Positions 18,984-20,000 of a stretch of 20,000 nt of DNA are shown in pieces (position 1 is the stretch's first letter; each line of letters starts with the position of its first letter). Source of the stretch: Perkinsus olseni (taxonomy: Eukaryota); contig JABANN010000128.1 in NCBI GenBank assembly GCA_013115125.1, positions 45,166 to 65,165 on the forward strand. Reading direction: 5' to 3'. Under the pieces are notes generated by a model, which made no database searches, was not told where the DNA came from, and was given only the letters and a program-made list of their open reading frames with translations. The position numbers were made by a program, and so were the translations under genes.

Positions 18984-19301
18984 ATGGTATTGACTCGTAG
19001 TGGCAAGAGTTCCAATAGAGTCGTTGATCAGTCGGATGGACTTGAACCAATTGATAGGATTGTGAAGGTCAAGGAACGTGCTCGTTGTACGGTTCGTTTC
19101 AAGATCTTAGGGAGAGTTAAGAGTGATCCCAGTCACTACACGCAGCGGTTACCTACGCCCACTGGGAAACTACCTACGCCTAAGGTTGCGATTACCAATA
19201 CCGACCGCAGCAACCGCCGCCGCGCACAACTACAGGTAGTCGATGCCAGTGACTCTGGTAACACAATCCCAAAGGCAATACAGATATCAGATAATAGTTG
19301 A
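18984..19301 (+). mobile_element. Possible truncated retrotransposon gag-like ORF start
   Basis: ORF begins MVLTRSG (M-x-TRS starts are common in LTR-element gag proteins), preceded by a T/G-rich non-coding leader. No zinc knuckle, pol domain, PBS or paired LTR is visible. Confidence 0.25.
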
Positions 19302-19523
19302 GCTGCTGCTGACGAGTTGGCGGACGGGCCAACTGTAATCCACATTGTGGATTCCACAAGAATCCACGAAAGACTCTAAATGCAATCGATCCACTGACGC
19401 ATACACATACAAGCTGCGCTTAACACTCTCGCGCCCGCAAAATACTGTCTATCTGTCTACTTTGCACGCGCGGGCCGCACAATCAGAAAAAGATAACAGC
19501 AAGTAAGGCCGAACGGAGTCGAT

Positions 19524-20000
19524 TTACATATAGCGAACAATCGATGTCTCGCAGCTAAAACACTGGCCAACAGGAGCGGGCAGATCCTCCTGCCACAAAG
19601 GGGAGACAGGGAGTCGCATGGAGACGCCATGGAGGTCCCAGGCGTAAGACTTCATTATCAGACGGGACACTATTCGGTAGCAGCGCCTTCTGACGATTCC
19701 TTTGTTGCTTCTCTGCTGCCAGAGAGTGTATGCGGAGTCATCTTCGGGGAGCAATTCCTTAAACGCGTATACTGTTCGGCGTCACGGTGCTCATACCTCG
19801 GCGGTTGAATGGGGACTCCCCATTGGGGAGGAGGGAAAGGGAGTCCCTCTCGACCCCGAACGTACGGTGTAACATATCTCCGGCGAAGCGAGGCAGTATT
19901 GAGGCCAAACCGCGGGTGGCATCGGCCCTGTACAGGGTGTTCCAATTCGATATGCAAATCACAAAAATCAGTCTAATTCAGCACATACTACGTGTTTGAG
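19524..20000 (-). other. Possible 3' end of a spliced or frameshifted gene entering from beyond the window
   Basis: Overlapping protein-like frames (SNWNTLYRADATRGL..PNGESPFNRR; YAFKELLPEDDSAYTLWQQRSNKG..WQEDLPAP) join only through a 25-nt GT..AG gap or a frameshift. Confidence 0.25.

Noticed and set aside
19038-19049. Isolated B-box match GGTTCAAGTCC on the minus strand
   Set aside because: No A box or terminator; a few chance matches are expected in 20 kb.
1-20000. CRISPR array or prokaryotic operon/defence island
   Set aside because: No repeat-spacer array; spliceosomal introns and RPC11/SURF6 show the DNA is eukaryotic.

Overview
Eukaryotic, intron-rich DNA with short GT-AG introns (about 45-110 nt). 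Composition and gene content suggest an alveolate protist such as Perkinsus (inference). Bases 1-9.5 kb are a dense minus-strand gene run: a partial PfkB/ribokinase-family kinase, two tandem paralogues of an unknown family, RNA polymerase III subunit RPC11 (4 exons), a SURF6/Rrp14 ribosome-biogenesis protein, a hypothetical spliced gene, and a membrane protein with a C-terminal DUF900-like alpha/beta hydrolase. After a strand switch come two intronless plus-strand genes: a multi-TM protein with a TIR/HET-like domain and a POT/PTR peptide transporter. The last 4.5 kb is gene-poor but holds a 74-aa, probably secreted 8-Cys peptide and a possible gag-like remnant. The most striking signal is a cluster of four Pol III B-box (tRNA-like) elements inside introns of the adjacent RPC11 and SURF6 genes. 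All can be read in the host-gene sense, three are followed by oligo-T, and one has canonical tRNA A-box/B-box spacing.
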